This document shows positions 53,180-64,000 of a stretch of 64,000 nucleotides of DNA, one piece after another (the stretch's first letter is position 1; every line of letters begins with the position of its first letter). A program made the position numbers and the translations under genes. The notes under the pieces were generated by a model that did not search any database, was not told the DNA's origin, and was given only the letters and a program-made list of their open reading frames with translations. Origin of the DNA: Chrysomallon squamiferum (taxonomy: Eukaryota > Animalia > Mollusca); contig CM022667.1 of NCBI GenBank assembly GCA_012295275.1, positions 682,001 to 746,000 on the forward strand, in the 5' to 3' direction.

Positions 53180-53900
53180 CCAAAATCTGACCCCTTCGTT
53201 CATCGGTGGGTCGTGTTCTTGTGTTTTTACTGCCCCAAACCCAAATACATCCAACAGACACCACCAACACCACGTTTTATAGCTCAACTCAAGCCTAAGC
53301 ATTTTCACTCTTATTATTCTTGAAACAGGAACTTTACGGGTAAAACTAACGTAAAACCCTTACTGACTGAGGCTACCAAAAAATTACCACTGCACTATTC
53401 AGTAGGGGTCAGCATTTCGTTAGGTTTACGAATTTCACGTGCATTTCGTGATTACCTTTTAACAGAAAAAACAAGCTGAAAAACATTTTAAACAGTTAAA
53501 ATAGTTTTCTGTTAAAGGTAACTCTGAGACATTCAGAAACGTTTTTTGTTTCGTGTATCAAAATTGGAACCGACCTTCTACCCCCACTGCTAAACATAGA
53601 CTCGCCCAATTATCAGCCGAAGCTCGGATACGCTTTCGTAGTAGAATCGACTTCAAAAAGAAAGCCGACAGCATTGTCCCTTTAATGTAGTGGCTATGGA
53701 AGTGGTTTGGCGTTAGTTTATTTTTTATTTTTTTTATTTTTGCCTTTGGGTTTACCAGTTTTTTTTGTCGACACATCGCTTGGAATACGGAATCGTTCTT
53801 TTGTTCTCAGAAGAAATGGTCGACTGAGCTGGCGTTGTTGTGGACAATGGTGCCGTCGTAAAAACCGGCGTCTCTTGGTCCGGCGGTGTTGTTTTTCTTT
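53180..53900. promoter_or_regulatory. Candidate bidirectional promoter / 5' region between divergent genes
   Basis: CpG-enriched relative to its flanks. TATAAAA on - at 53281..53275, with a GTGAGT donor on - at 53179. CACGTG at 53436, CCAAT near 53606, + ATG at 53914. Confidence 0.5.
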
Positions 53901-53913
53901 TCCAGTTTTCATC

Positions 53914-54007
53914 ATGAATCGGGAAGCCAGAATCTGCCGATTTCTGTTAGGAATATTCTGCATCTGTCTCACGCGCGTGCAAGTTGTCGGAGCCTCGGTT
54001 GTGAACG
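53914..54007 (+). CDS. Gene 3 exon 1: signal peptide of a secreted/membrane protein
   Basis: ATCATG context; MNREARICRFLLGIFCICLTRVQVVGASVVN; donor G|gtaagt, phase 1. Confidence 0.65.
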
Positions 54008-56235
54008 GTAAGTTCGGGAAATGGGACTAATCGTGTTTGTGGAACTAACGACCACATGCTTGTTACTCGGATGGTAAATATTGCCTGTATGTACTGACCC
54101 GTCTATCTAATCGCGTACGGTATCCTTTATCAATAATCAAGTAAACGGCCCGCGTCAAGAAAGGCATAAAATATCAAATTTTATGAAACAGCAGGTTTAA
54201 AAAAAAAAAAAAAAAAGTCGAGTGACAGTTACGTAGTAAAAGTATAAGATGAATTATCGTGTTATTGTTATTGTTATTGTTAATTGTTAATCGTAGTTTT
54301 GTTTTTGAAAATAAAAATTATTTGTTTGAAAAAGAATTAAATAAATAAATAAATTAAATAAAACAATTTCATTTATAAAATTAATAATTGGTTAAGTTTA
54401 TTATTAAACTTATTTATAGCTTATTATTTAAAATAAAATGTAAAAATGGATTATGTACCCCAAATTAAAACTTTTGAATTTAAATTTTTAAAGTTAAATT
54501 TAACTTTAATAACTGTAATTAAAATTAAAACTATAAAATTAAACAGCTTTAATTTAAAGAATTAAAAAGCAAATATAAGTTCTCCATAAACCTATAGTGC
54601 AAACATACATTTTTAATCAAAAAAAAAAAAAATTATCTACTTACGAAGAAAAACGATAAGAATAGAAATATCAAAAGATAAAGTGAACATGACAGATGTC
54701 AGTTCTGTTAATTTAATAACAGTTTTGTTTTGGTTTTATGATTTATTAATGACCGGGTGCTGTATGTCATTTTAACTTCACTCTGGCAACTAACACACAG
54801 TGACGTAATAAATTCAGTTTTGTACGTGTATTTGTGGATCTGTGCCAAGAATACATTATACTAATAAATGAAAGAATAATGATATTATGTGACTGCTTTT
54901 GTGCTGTTTTCTTGGAATACGGAGAAATTTGTTTACAGATTAATTAATATAAAAAATACACAGAAGGAAATACAAATTCAAATACACAAACTAATACATA
55001 CAACAAATACACATAAATGAATACATATATTAATACACAAAAATACAAATATATATATCAGTACACAAAAATATATATGCAAATGGAAGCAAATAAAGAT
55101 ACAAATTTTACAAATGGATGTATACACTGTCTTACAAATACACCTATTGCACTAATACACATACAAACAAAAATATACAAATACACATGCATACACACAA
55201 ACACACACACACACAAGCATATTATATTTAGGCTATATACACACACAAACATAAATACATTTACATGTAAACAGACATAAATACACACACACACATATAT
55301 TTATATTTATATGTATATGTATATATACATACACACAAATACACACTTCCATGAATAAATAATCTAACAGACAGACAGACAGACATGGAACAGATCAGGT
55401 ATACCCAGTAATTCTCCACTGATTTGTTATCATCCAGTCTGACACACTTCCTTAATCCATCTGTATCATTTAAAATGCTGTATGCCATGGCTCATAAATA
55501 AGAAAATATATCTAATCAGGCACCGTTTTTTAATGTTTTTATAAAACTATTAGTGAGTTCAGATTACGAAAACAGTAAATAAAAATGTTTTTTAAAAAAA
55601 ATCTTATTATTTACTCTTTGTGTTGAAAAATATATTAAAATATCCTGTTGTTTGGTCGGATTGTGAAAAAAAAAGGTCTGAACACAGGAATAATGGTCTG
55701 TTAATGGCGTGTATATCTTTATACAGCTTTATAAATATTTAAACGTAAAGAAAAGCACTGGAATGCATAACAGATATTATACAGAATGTAATTATTCTTA
55801 TCAAAAAAAAAAAATCATGGTTTGCGACAATGTGTGATGTTGTGACAGAAATTGTTTTTGAAATTTCATGGGGAAATTTTCGATTTTTTTTTTTTTTTAA
55901 TAATTGTTTTAGTTTTGTTTGTTTCTTCTTCAATCTACAGCTTACAGTATTACAGAGTGCAGACAGTTTATTGCAAACATTCGTTTATCTGTGGTTATGT
56001 CTCTCCCTATCTTTGACTTTCTCCTTCCATGTTTATTGCTTTTTCTTGCTTTTTCTTTTCTTTCTTTTTCTCTCAGTCTCTTGTTTTCTATTTGTTTCCA
56101 TCTTTGTCTTATTTTTTTTTCTTCTTCCTTTTTTTAAATTTTAAATTGGTTTCTCTTTTCTGGTGATTTTCTTCATCTTTGTCTTTTTTCTTTTTTTTTT
56201 TCCTTTCCTTTTCTCTTTCTCTCCATTCTAGTTAA

Positions 56236-56236
<1 letters not shown>

Positions 56237-56319
<83 letters not shown>

Positions 56320-56441
56320 TCCCTCCCTCCCAGTCTCTCTCTCTCTCTCTCTCCCTCCCTCCCTCCCTCCCTCCCTCTCTCTCTCTTTTCTCTCTCCCTC
56401 CCTCCCTCCCAGTCTCTCTCTCTCTCCCTCTCTCTCTCTAT

Positions 56442-56511
<70 letters not shown>
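56237..56511. repeat. (CT)n/(CCCT)n polypyrimidine tract
   Basis: Direct inspection. Confidence 0.95.
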
Positions 56512-56514
<3 letters not shown>

Positions 56515-56941
56515 TTCCCCTATTACTATCTATCACAGTGTACATACACATATGACGGAATATAAATTTATTTATGTGTCGGTTTCTCCACGGCCTGTCT
56601 GACACCAGTGAACTGCAACATCTACACTGATTGGCTGTGTGTGTTAAAACACAGATAATCAAACTGACTACTACAGCAGCTACCACCTCGCCAGTGAGCC
56701 TTTTGTACACTTCTAGCACCAGGCAGTCATAAATTTGATTTACACAATCGGAGAAGCCGTCATAATTATTTACAACCTTCCTTCATTGAACCTTGTATAC
56801 CCAAATCCTTAGAAGTAGAATTACAATAGATGAGGACTTTTATGTGTGTGTTTGTGAGTATGTACATGACAGACAGACAGACAGACACATACAACTTATA
56901 CATGCATATAAATACATATATAACACATTTATAGTTATTTG

Positions 56942-56974
<33 letters not shown>

Positions 56975-58247
56975 TCACAAACCATCAGATACAAACACCA
57001 AAAATTTTGACTACATTTAAAAAAAAATACATTTTTAATTAATTTAGATTTAGTATCTTTATTAGAAAACACCTCAGTTTTTTGTTTTTTCATAAAATGA
57101 AATAAATGTTGTGCTTTAATCTTCTGAAAACAGTTCAATCCACAGCCTCATTATTCCAGAATGATAACCATTACATAATTTACTTTATAATAACAAAAAA
57201 TCTGCTATTTTGACCAGAAATCCCAATATATCATCAAAGTGTCTGTCAAGAAATTGTGTACAGTCAATTTATAAAGACCTCACAAATATACTTCATCTCT
57301 CCATCCATAATTACACAGGCTGGATTTGTTGCTATGCCAACAGTACAAAAAGATAAGATAATAGGAGATATAAAGAAAGATTAAAGAAACAGATGACCTT
57401 GGAGGTTGATTTATTTGCATATTATTTAGCTATAGAAACACCTGGTAAAACATTTATTAGTAATAAAGATTTTTTTTAACTTCTAAATAATTAGTGATTG
57501 GCTTTAGGAATATGATTCTTTTTTTTATTTTTTATTATATATGAGGTATATATATATATACACTGGACTTAATATATTTATTTTTCCTACCTGTATATCT
57601 GATTTTTACCTGTATCTGTAACTGATACATCTATTAATCATTTCTTATTATTTCCTTTTTTCTTTTTTATATTATTTCATTTTCTTCTCTTTATTCTCTT
57701 CTTCATTTTTCTTCTTTTTTTTTCTAAAAAAAAAAAAAAAAGGAATGCAGCTATAATATTTTAGCACATGGAATATTTTAATAACTTTGCTATCAGTTTT
57801 AATTACATTTTATTCACACATATAAAAAGAATGAAAACATTTCTGACTAGCTGTCTTAATTAATTTTTATGCCTGGTCTTAACTAAAATGAATATCAACA
57901 AATTGAAGTATATATAACCATATACATTTACAATCCTTATGTTAAAGATAAAAATAGGCTTTGAAAATTTATTGTATAGATACTGAAATATATATTGAAC
58001 ATTTTACAATAACCAGTTCCATTATTTCTGACAGAAACCTAATTACCTCATATATATATATAGTTAAAAAAGAGAAGAAAATAACTAATATTTTTTTTAT
58101 AAATTCTAGTTATTTTATATATGTGTGTATGCATGTGTATTTATGAGTAACTAATAATATCTTTTATATATATATAGATGCAATAAGCTGAATAACCAAC
58201 TCATTAATGCATTTTTATTAAAATACCAAACTGTTTTGATTTTTCAG

Positions 58248-58330
58248 GTAATAGTCTATATGTGAGCAATGGAACTCACATTATCCGAATTGACAGAAAC
58301 TCACAGATAAGAACAATTATATACATACAG
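58248..58330 (+). CDS. Gene 3 exon 2 (gene probably continues beyond the window)
   Basis: tttttcag| ... |gtgagt. The only stop-free frame is the one required by the phase-1 join: GNSLYVSNGTHIIRIDRNSQIRTIIYIQ. Confidence 0.62.
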
Positions 58331-58880
58331 GTGAGTAACTCATTGTCTTAATATCTCTCTCTGCATCATTCTTAAACTTACACCAACTTTAGCACTGGCA
58401 GACACTCTGTTCTATGTAATATCAATGATATTCTATATTCCTATATATAATACTATTCTGTAACACATCGTCAACTTTATGATTATTATTATTATTATTA
58501 TTGTTATTGTTATTGTTATTGTTATTGTTATTGTTATTGTTATTATTCTAAAACTGTATTATTTAAACCACTGTATTCAGTGTTCTTGTTGTCTGTGTAC
58601 AAACAACAGTGGCTGTTAGTTAACAAGTTCACATTTGACATTTAACTTGCGAGTCTGGTAATTGTCTGTTTTGCTTGGTGTTGGCTGTGCAGGTGATGTG
58701 TAGATGTTTTTTTTTTCCAGCATGTATTTCCACACAGCTGCAGGCAGTTTGCAGTATTGCATGGGCATTCAGTATAAATAAAGTTTCAGGCAGTCACATT
58801 ATAGATAGATACATAATCGAGAAGTTTGGCTTGTTGTGTCTAGCACAGTGTTAGAATGTTAGTTGTGTTAATATCTTAGT

Positions 58881-58901
58881 GAGAGAGAGAGAGTGAGTGA
58901 A

Positions 58902-58935
<34 letters not shown>

Positions 58936-58938
58936 GGG

Positions 58939-59011
<73 letters not shown>
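58881..59011. repeat. (GA)n microsatellite
   Basis: Direct inspection. Confidence 0.95.
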
Positions 59012-59015
<4 letters not shown>

Positions 59016-59479
59016 TTGGCATTGGGAGAGTGAGAGAAAGACAGAGAGAAAGAGGGAGAGAGAAAGAAACACATGAAGTAATTGGCCTTAAGAGAGACAA
59101 ACAGACAAACAAACGTAGGAGGTGATTGGCCTTAAGAGAGAGAGAGAGACACACACACACACACATAGAAGGTGATTGGGTGATTGGATTGGCCTTAAAC
59201 ATTATTCCAGATAGTTCTGATATTTGTGGTACTCAAAAATGAATTCATATGCATCAAAGAGAAAATAATAATAATAAATGAATATCAATGAGTTGAGATA
59301 TTTTTAACTGAAATATTTATTAATTTATTCTGTTGATTGTGTATTTCTGTATACACAGTTGGTTTGTGTTATATGGTTCCATTAGATCTGATAGAAATCA
59401 AATTATCTCAGTTACTTCATTTTAAAATGCAAATTGTTCTTGAATGCTTACGTCATGATCTCAACATGAAACAAAAACC

Positions 59480-61500
59480 AAATCATCACTGTTTCAGTAC
59501 TTCAACATTGTTTTCTGTCATTACAGTATTGTATTTGGCTTTGGTTTGACACCCAATATAGCCTGTGTGTTTTCAGTCCCGGGATATCATCAAATATTCA
59601 TCATTCACTCATTCATTCTGTCATTACATAATGAGCTCTGCATTAAACAAATGAGTCCATCCATTGTTTCAGTATTTCAACATCGTTTTTTTTTCTTCTC
59701 ATTTCATGATTGTATTTAGCTTTGGTTTGACACCCAATATGTTCTGTGTGTTTTTCCTGCTGGGATATCATCAAATATTCATTCATTCTGTCATTTCATG
59801 ATGACCTCTGCATTAAACAAATGAAACCACCCAATTGTTTCATCATTTCAACATGCACAGTATTTTGTTTGGTTATATAATGATTTTTTTTTTTTTTTTT
59901 TTAATGGTTAAAAATGATTTATTAGATTAGAATCCACTGTATATTTCTACAAACAATTTGTTTATTATGTAATTTAGGTTGTTGATAAATCTATGTATTC
60001 GAACATACACAATGTTTAGTTATATAATGATTATTTTATACAGGTAATTTAATAATTATTGATCACAGTCCCAAACCAGTCTGTGTTTGTTTCAGTTGTA
60101 TATCACATAACTGTGGTTGTTGATTGTCTATGTATTTCAACGTACACAATGTTTTGTTTGATGATAAGATCACAGGTAGATTAGGGTTGTTTTCTGTTGT
60201 TTACTGTTTCTATATTTACACACTCATTGTGGTGTAAGGTTAATATTGACTCCTAGATTAGATTTCAAAGCCATCCACTGTTTCTTATTTCAATAAATAA
60301 ATGATTTGTTATGTAACTATGGTTATTGATTGTTTCTTTATTTCAAAGCACATTGTCCTGTTTAGTTGTGTAATGATAATTAGAGCCTGATTGTTTGATT
60401 TGGTTTATGTAATGACTGTTTGATCAGAAATTATCCATTGTTTCTATATTTCTCACAGTTTTGTTTGGTTTATAATAAAGACAATCAGATTCAGAAAGTT
60501 TTGTTTGGTTTATAATAAAGACAATCAGATTCAGAAGTTTTGTTTGGTTTATAATAAAGACAATCAGATTCAGAAAGTTTTGTTAGATTTATGCTAATTG
60601 ACTGTTTGATCAGAAACTATCTATTGTCTCTATATGTTGAAATATTCACTGTATTCTGCAGTTTATATAATGATAATTAGATCTTAAATGTTATGTTTGA
60701 TTAAGAAATGATATTTAAATCTTAAATGTTATGTTTGATTAAGAAATGATATTTAGATCCAGAATGTTCTGTTTGGTTTATATATTTGACTACTTGATCA
60801 GAAACCATCCATTGTCACAATATTTCAACATATTCAATTTGTTGAATTCACATAATTCACTACTTGATGAGAACATATCCATTTTCTTTGTATTTCAACA
60901 TATTCTGTGTTTTGGGGGGTTTATATAATGATAATTAGACCCAGAATATTTTTTAGTCTGTATAGGTGACTACTATATCAGAAATCATTCATTGTTTCCA
61001 TATTTCAACATATTCATTGTTTTGTTTGTTTTATATATCTCTGCTACTTTCAGAAATATTTTATTTAATGATAATTAGTTCCAGAATGTTTTGTTTGTTT
61101 TATATAACTCACTACTTGATCAGAAACCATCCATTGTCATTTCATATTCATTGTTTTTTAAATAATTTCAGAACTTGTTTTATATAATTCATCAGAAACC
61201 ATCCATTGTCTGTGTATTTCAACATATTCATTGTTTTATATAATGATAATTAGTTCCAGAATGTTTTGCTTGTTTTATATAACTCACTACTTGATCAGAA
61301 ACCATCCATTGTCTGTGTATTTCAACATATTCATTGTTTTATATAATGATAATTAGTTCCAGAATGTTTTGTTTGTTTTATTTATATAACTCCACTACTT
61401 GATCAGAAACCATCCATTGTCTCTCTGTGTATTTCAACACACAGCTTGTTTGTTTTATTACACACTGACCTCTGCATTAAGCACAAACCGAAACCACTTC
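59480..61500. repeat. Degenerate satellite array with nested tandem units
   Basis: Two ~180-bp copies at 59480-59860; three ~39-bp copies at 60468-60584; two ~38-bp copies at ~60680-60760; ~100-bp units (gatcagaaaccatccattgt...ccagaatgttttg) up to 61440. Confidence 0.85.
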
Positions 61501-61944
61501 GCTGTCTGTCTGGCTGCTGTGTACACACGACATGCATGTTAGCCATGCGCCCACATGTCCATGAAATCAGCTCCTCAGCAGATCAGACCACATTGCCTTC
61601 AGGATGTCTGGATCATGCATGGCTGTTTTTCCACAGAATCAAAAACACTTGAAAACAGATGCCGTGGGCTCTGTATACTGCAAAAAAAAAGTTAAAACTG
61701 CTGTTGGGTTTTTATCTGTTGTTATTGTTATTATTATAAAATACTTGGGTAATAAGTGTGCGGGAATGAGAAATCAGATGAAATCAGATAGATTTCAGTG
61801 ATTATTGTATAGGTTGTGAAATCATATATACTATGTAGGTTATTTGTTAATGATTGATTTGGGTGATTGTGGAGTTTGCAAATATGTTTTTAATGATATT
61901 AATGAATGGGGTACTTGTTGTATAGTTTGCAAGCATATTCTTTT

Positions 61945-61975
<31 letters not shown>

Positions 61976-62329
61976 AAAATAATAGGTTTTGATAACAATG
62001 GCACAATTTACAAACAGCTTTTCTAGCTTATTACTAACAGGTTTTGATAATTTGTATACAATTTATACAACTCATATCTCCTATAAATAACAGGTTTAAA
62101 TAACTATTTTATATAGCTTGCAGATATTACATCTTATTATTAATAGGTTTTTGACATCTATTTTATGCAGTTACAATTAGTTGTTTTTTTTTCACTTAAT
62201 TTAGTTATTAAGAAAAAGGTCTGGATAATTATTGTGTGCACGCAGTTTTGTATCAGTTCATAATAATGAAATCAGGTTAATATGAAAGTGGATGGTAGTT
62301 AGCATTAAGGAAACCTACAGATTATTAAT

Positions 62330-62880
62330 TGTCTAAATGAATGGATATTTTTGTTGTAAGAATGGGTTGGAAAAGAAAATTCTGTTGAGTTAGAGATATA
62401 ATAAAAATACAAAAATGTGAAAATGGGTGATGATCAGAACTCTGGCATAAAAAATGTATTGATTATTCAGTTTCTAAATGAATAGATGTTTTTTCTGCAG
62501 GAATAGGTGACAGAAACATTGCTTTCAGTTAGAGATATAATAAAATGGAGTCTAGCACCAAAAATTTACTAATTACTAGGTTTCTAAATGAATGGATATT
62601 TTTCCTGCAAGAATAGGTGACAGAAACATTGCCTTTAGTTAGAGATATAACAAAATTGAGCCTAGCACAAAAAAATCTACTGATTACTAGGTTTCTAAAT
62701 GAATAGATGTTTTTGCTGTAGGAACAGGAGACAGAAACATTGCCTTCAGTTAGAGATATATCAAAACTGAGCCTAGCACAAAAAAAAATCTACTGATTAC
62801 CAGGTTTCTAAATGAATGGATATTTTTCCTGCAAGCTTAATAGGTGGCAGAAATATTGCCTTCAGTTAAGGATATAAAAG
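62330..62880. repeat. ~111-bp tandem repeat, ~5 copies
   Basis: tctaaatgaat(a/g)gat...gacagaaacattgc...gttagagatata at ~62332, 62471, 62581, 62692, 62804. Confidence 0.85.
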
Positions 62881-64000
62881 CACTGTAACTGATTTTGAGT
62901 GGGTGTCTGGAGATAGGTTTCCATCAGCAGTTAGTGAAGAAACACAACTGTTAGGTTTAGGTGGTGGGGATACACGGGAAGGTAACACAGGTGTGAAAGT
63001 AATGATCTGTATGTCAGTGAAGTACAATAGGGAATGAAAATCTCTTATGTACCAGCAAGGTGCCAATTATAACTGATAAAGAGTCAGGACAGAACACAAG
63101 AGAACAAACTGGGAACAGGGAGAACATGGCAGGAACAGGTGTTTTGTGTATAATTAGGATGTATTTCGGTTAAAACAAATAACCCGAACAAGCAAAGATT
63201 AAAAATAATTTTTGAGCAATACCAGTGTTATTTAAGAATAATTCATGGCACTCATTATTTTTAATATTTTGTAGAATAAATTCATAATTTTTTCTGAAAA
63301 TAATTTTAAGAATTCCTTCTAATACATGTTTTTGATATTAATTTAGTAATTTATGAAGGATATTTGCAAATATGCACCAAATATTATATTTTGAAGTTTG
63401 AATTGTGCCATTTCAAATTTACTAATAAATGATATAGCTACTTAGAGTTCTATGTAGGATTTTGTATTATTCTTTCTATTTTCCTATTGCTTTCTAAAAT
63501 GTCACATTCCTTCTTGTCAAAGGAAAGTTTTTAAATGAAGGATTCCTTTCTTTTAATGGAAAACATTAGTCAAAAAATATGTATATAACAGTAAATTAAT
63601 CAATGAGCTCAAATCATATTGTTAAACAAAATAACTGTTTATGTTTTAAAAGCATTATAATCTGCAATAAGGTGAAACATGAGCTTTTATTATTATTATT
63701 ATTATTATTTATTATCATCATCATTATTATTATTATTATTTTATCATTTTATCATTCTGAAAAAATAAAAAAAGAATTTTTAAACCATTTTACAATACTT
63801 AACATATGAACTGTTTTAAAGCCAGTTAAAGAGATTCTAATGTAGAAGCTTTTAAACTAAAATTTGTCAGATTATCTCGGAAATCTTTCTAAATACACAC
63901 AGAGAAATTCTATTCAGGCTCAAATATTCTTTTTTTTCATTTTATATCATTAACGGTATTACCAAACAAGTTTCTAAATAAACAAGCAAATATTACCACC

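Noticed and set aside
60468-60584. Three ~39-bp direct repeats, CRISPR-like in size
   Set aside because: Head-to-tail with no unique spacers, no cas genes, eukaryotic context.
61637-61750. Candidate third exon of gene 3 after tttttccacag
   Set aside because: Open in phase 0, but the peptide is unconvincing, it includes an A-run, and no clear donor was found.

Overview
AT-rich, microsatellite-rich animal genomic DNA with spliceosomal introns; mollusc/lophotrochozoan-like by inference only. It is not prokaryotic, and most of the ORF track is noise from simple repeats. Three genes were rebuilt by hand from phase-consistent splice sites. (1) NCOA5/Neosin-like on +, 9 exons, 5' end outside the window, stop at 11419: RRM, R/D-rich repeats and NCOA5 core. 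(2) A 30-coding-exon, ~2430-aa gene on - (49123..24664). It follows SVEP1/polydom domain order up to the pentraxin domain (signal peptide, vWA, EGF-like, ephrin-receptor-like, 3 Sushi, 2 HYR, Sushi, RKKR linker, 3 ephrin-receptor-like, 6 EGF, pentraxin). It then has 8 EGF, a possible SEA-like module, a transmembrane helix and a Tyr-motif/SH3-ligand-rich tail, so it looks like a receptor form of a normally secreted protein. It carries three small frameshifts (probably assembly errors) and a GC-AG intron whose exon end and donor have been tandemly amplified. (3) The first two coding exons of a signal-peptide protein on + (53914..58330), head-to-head with gene 2 across a CpG-richer candidate bidirectional promoter. 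The rest is introns, UTRs, tandem repeats and possible transposon fragments.
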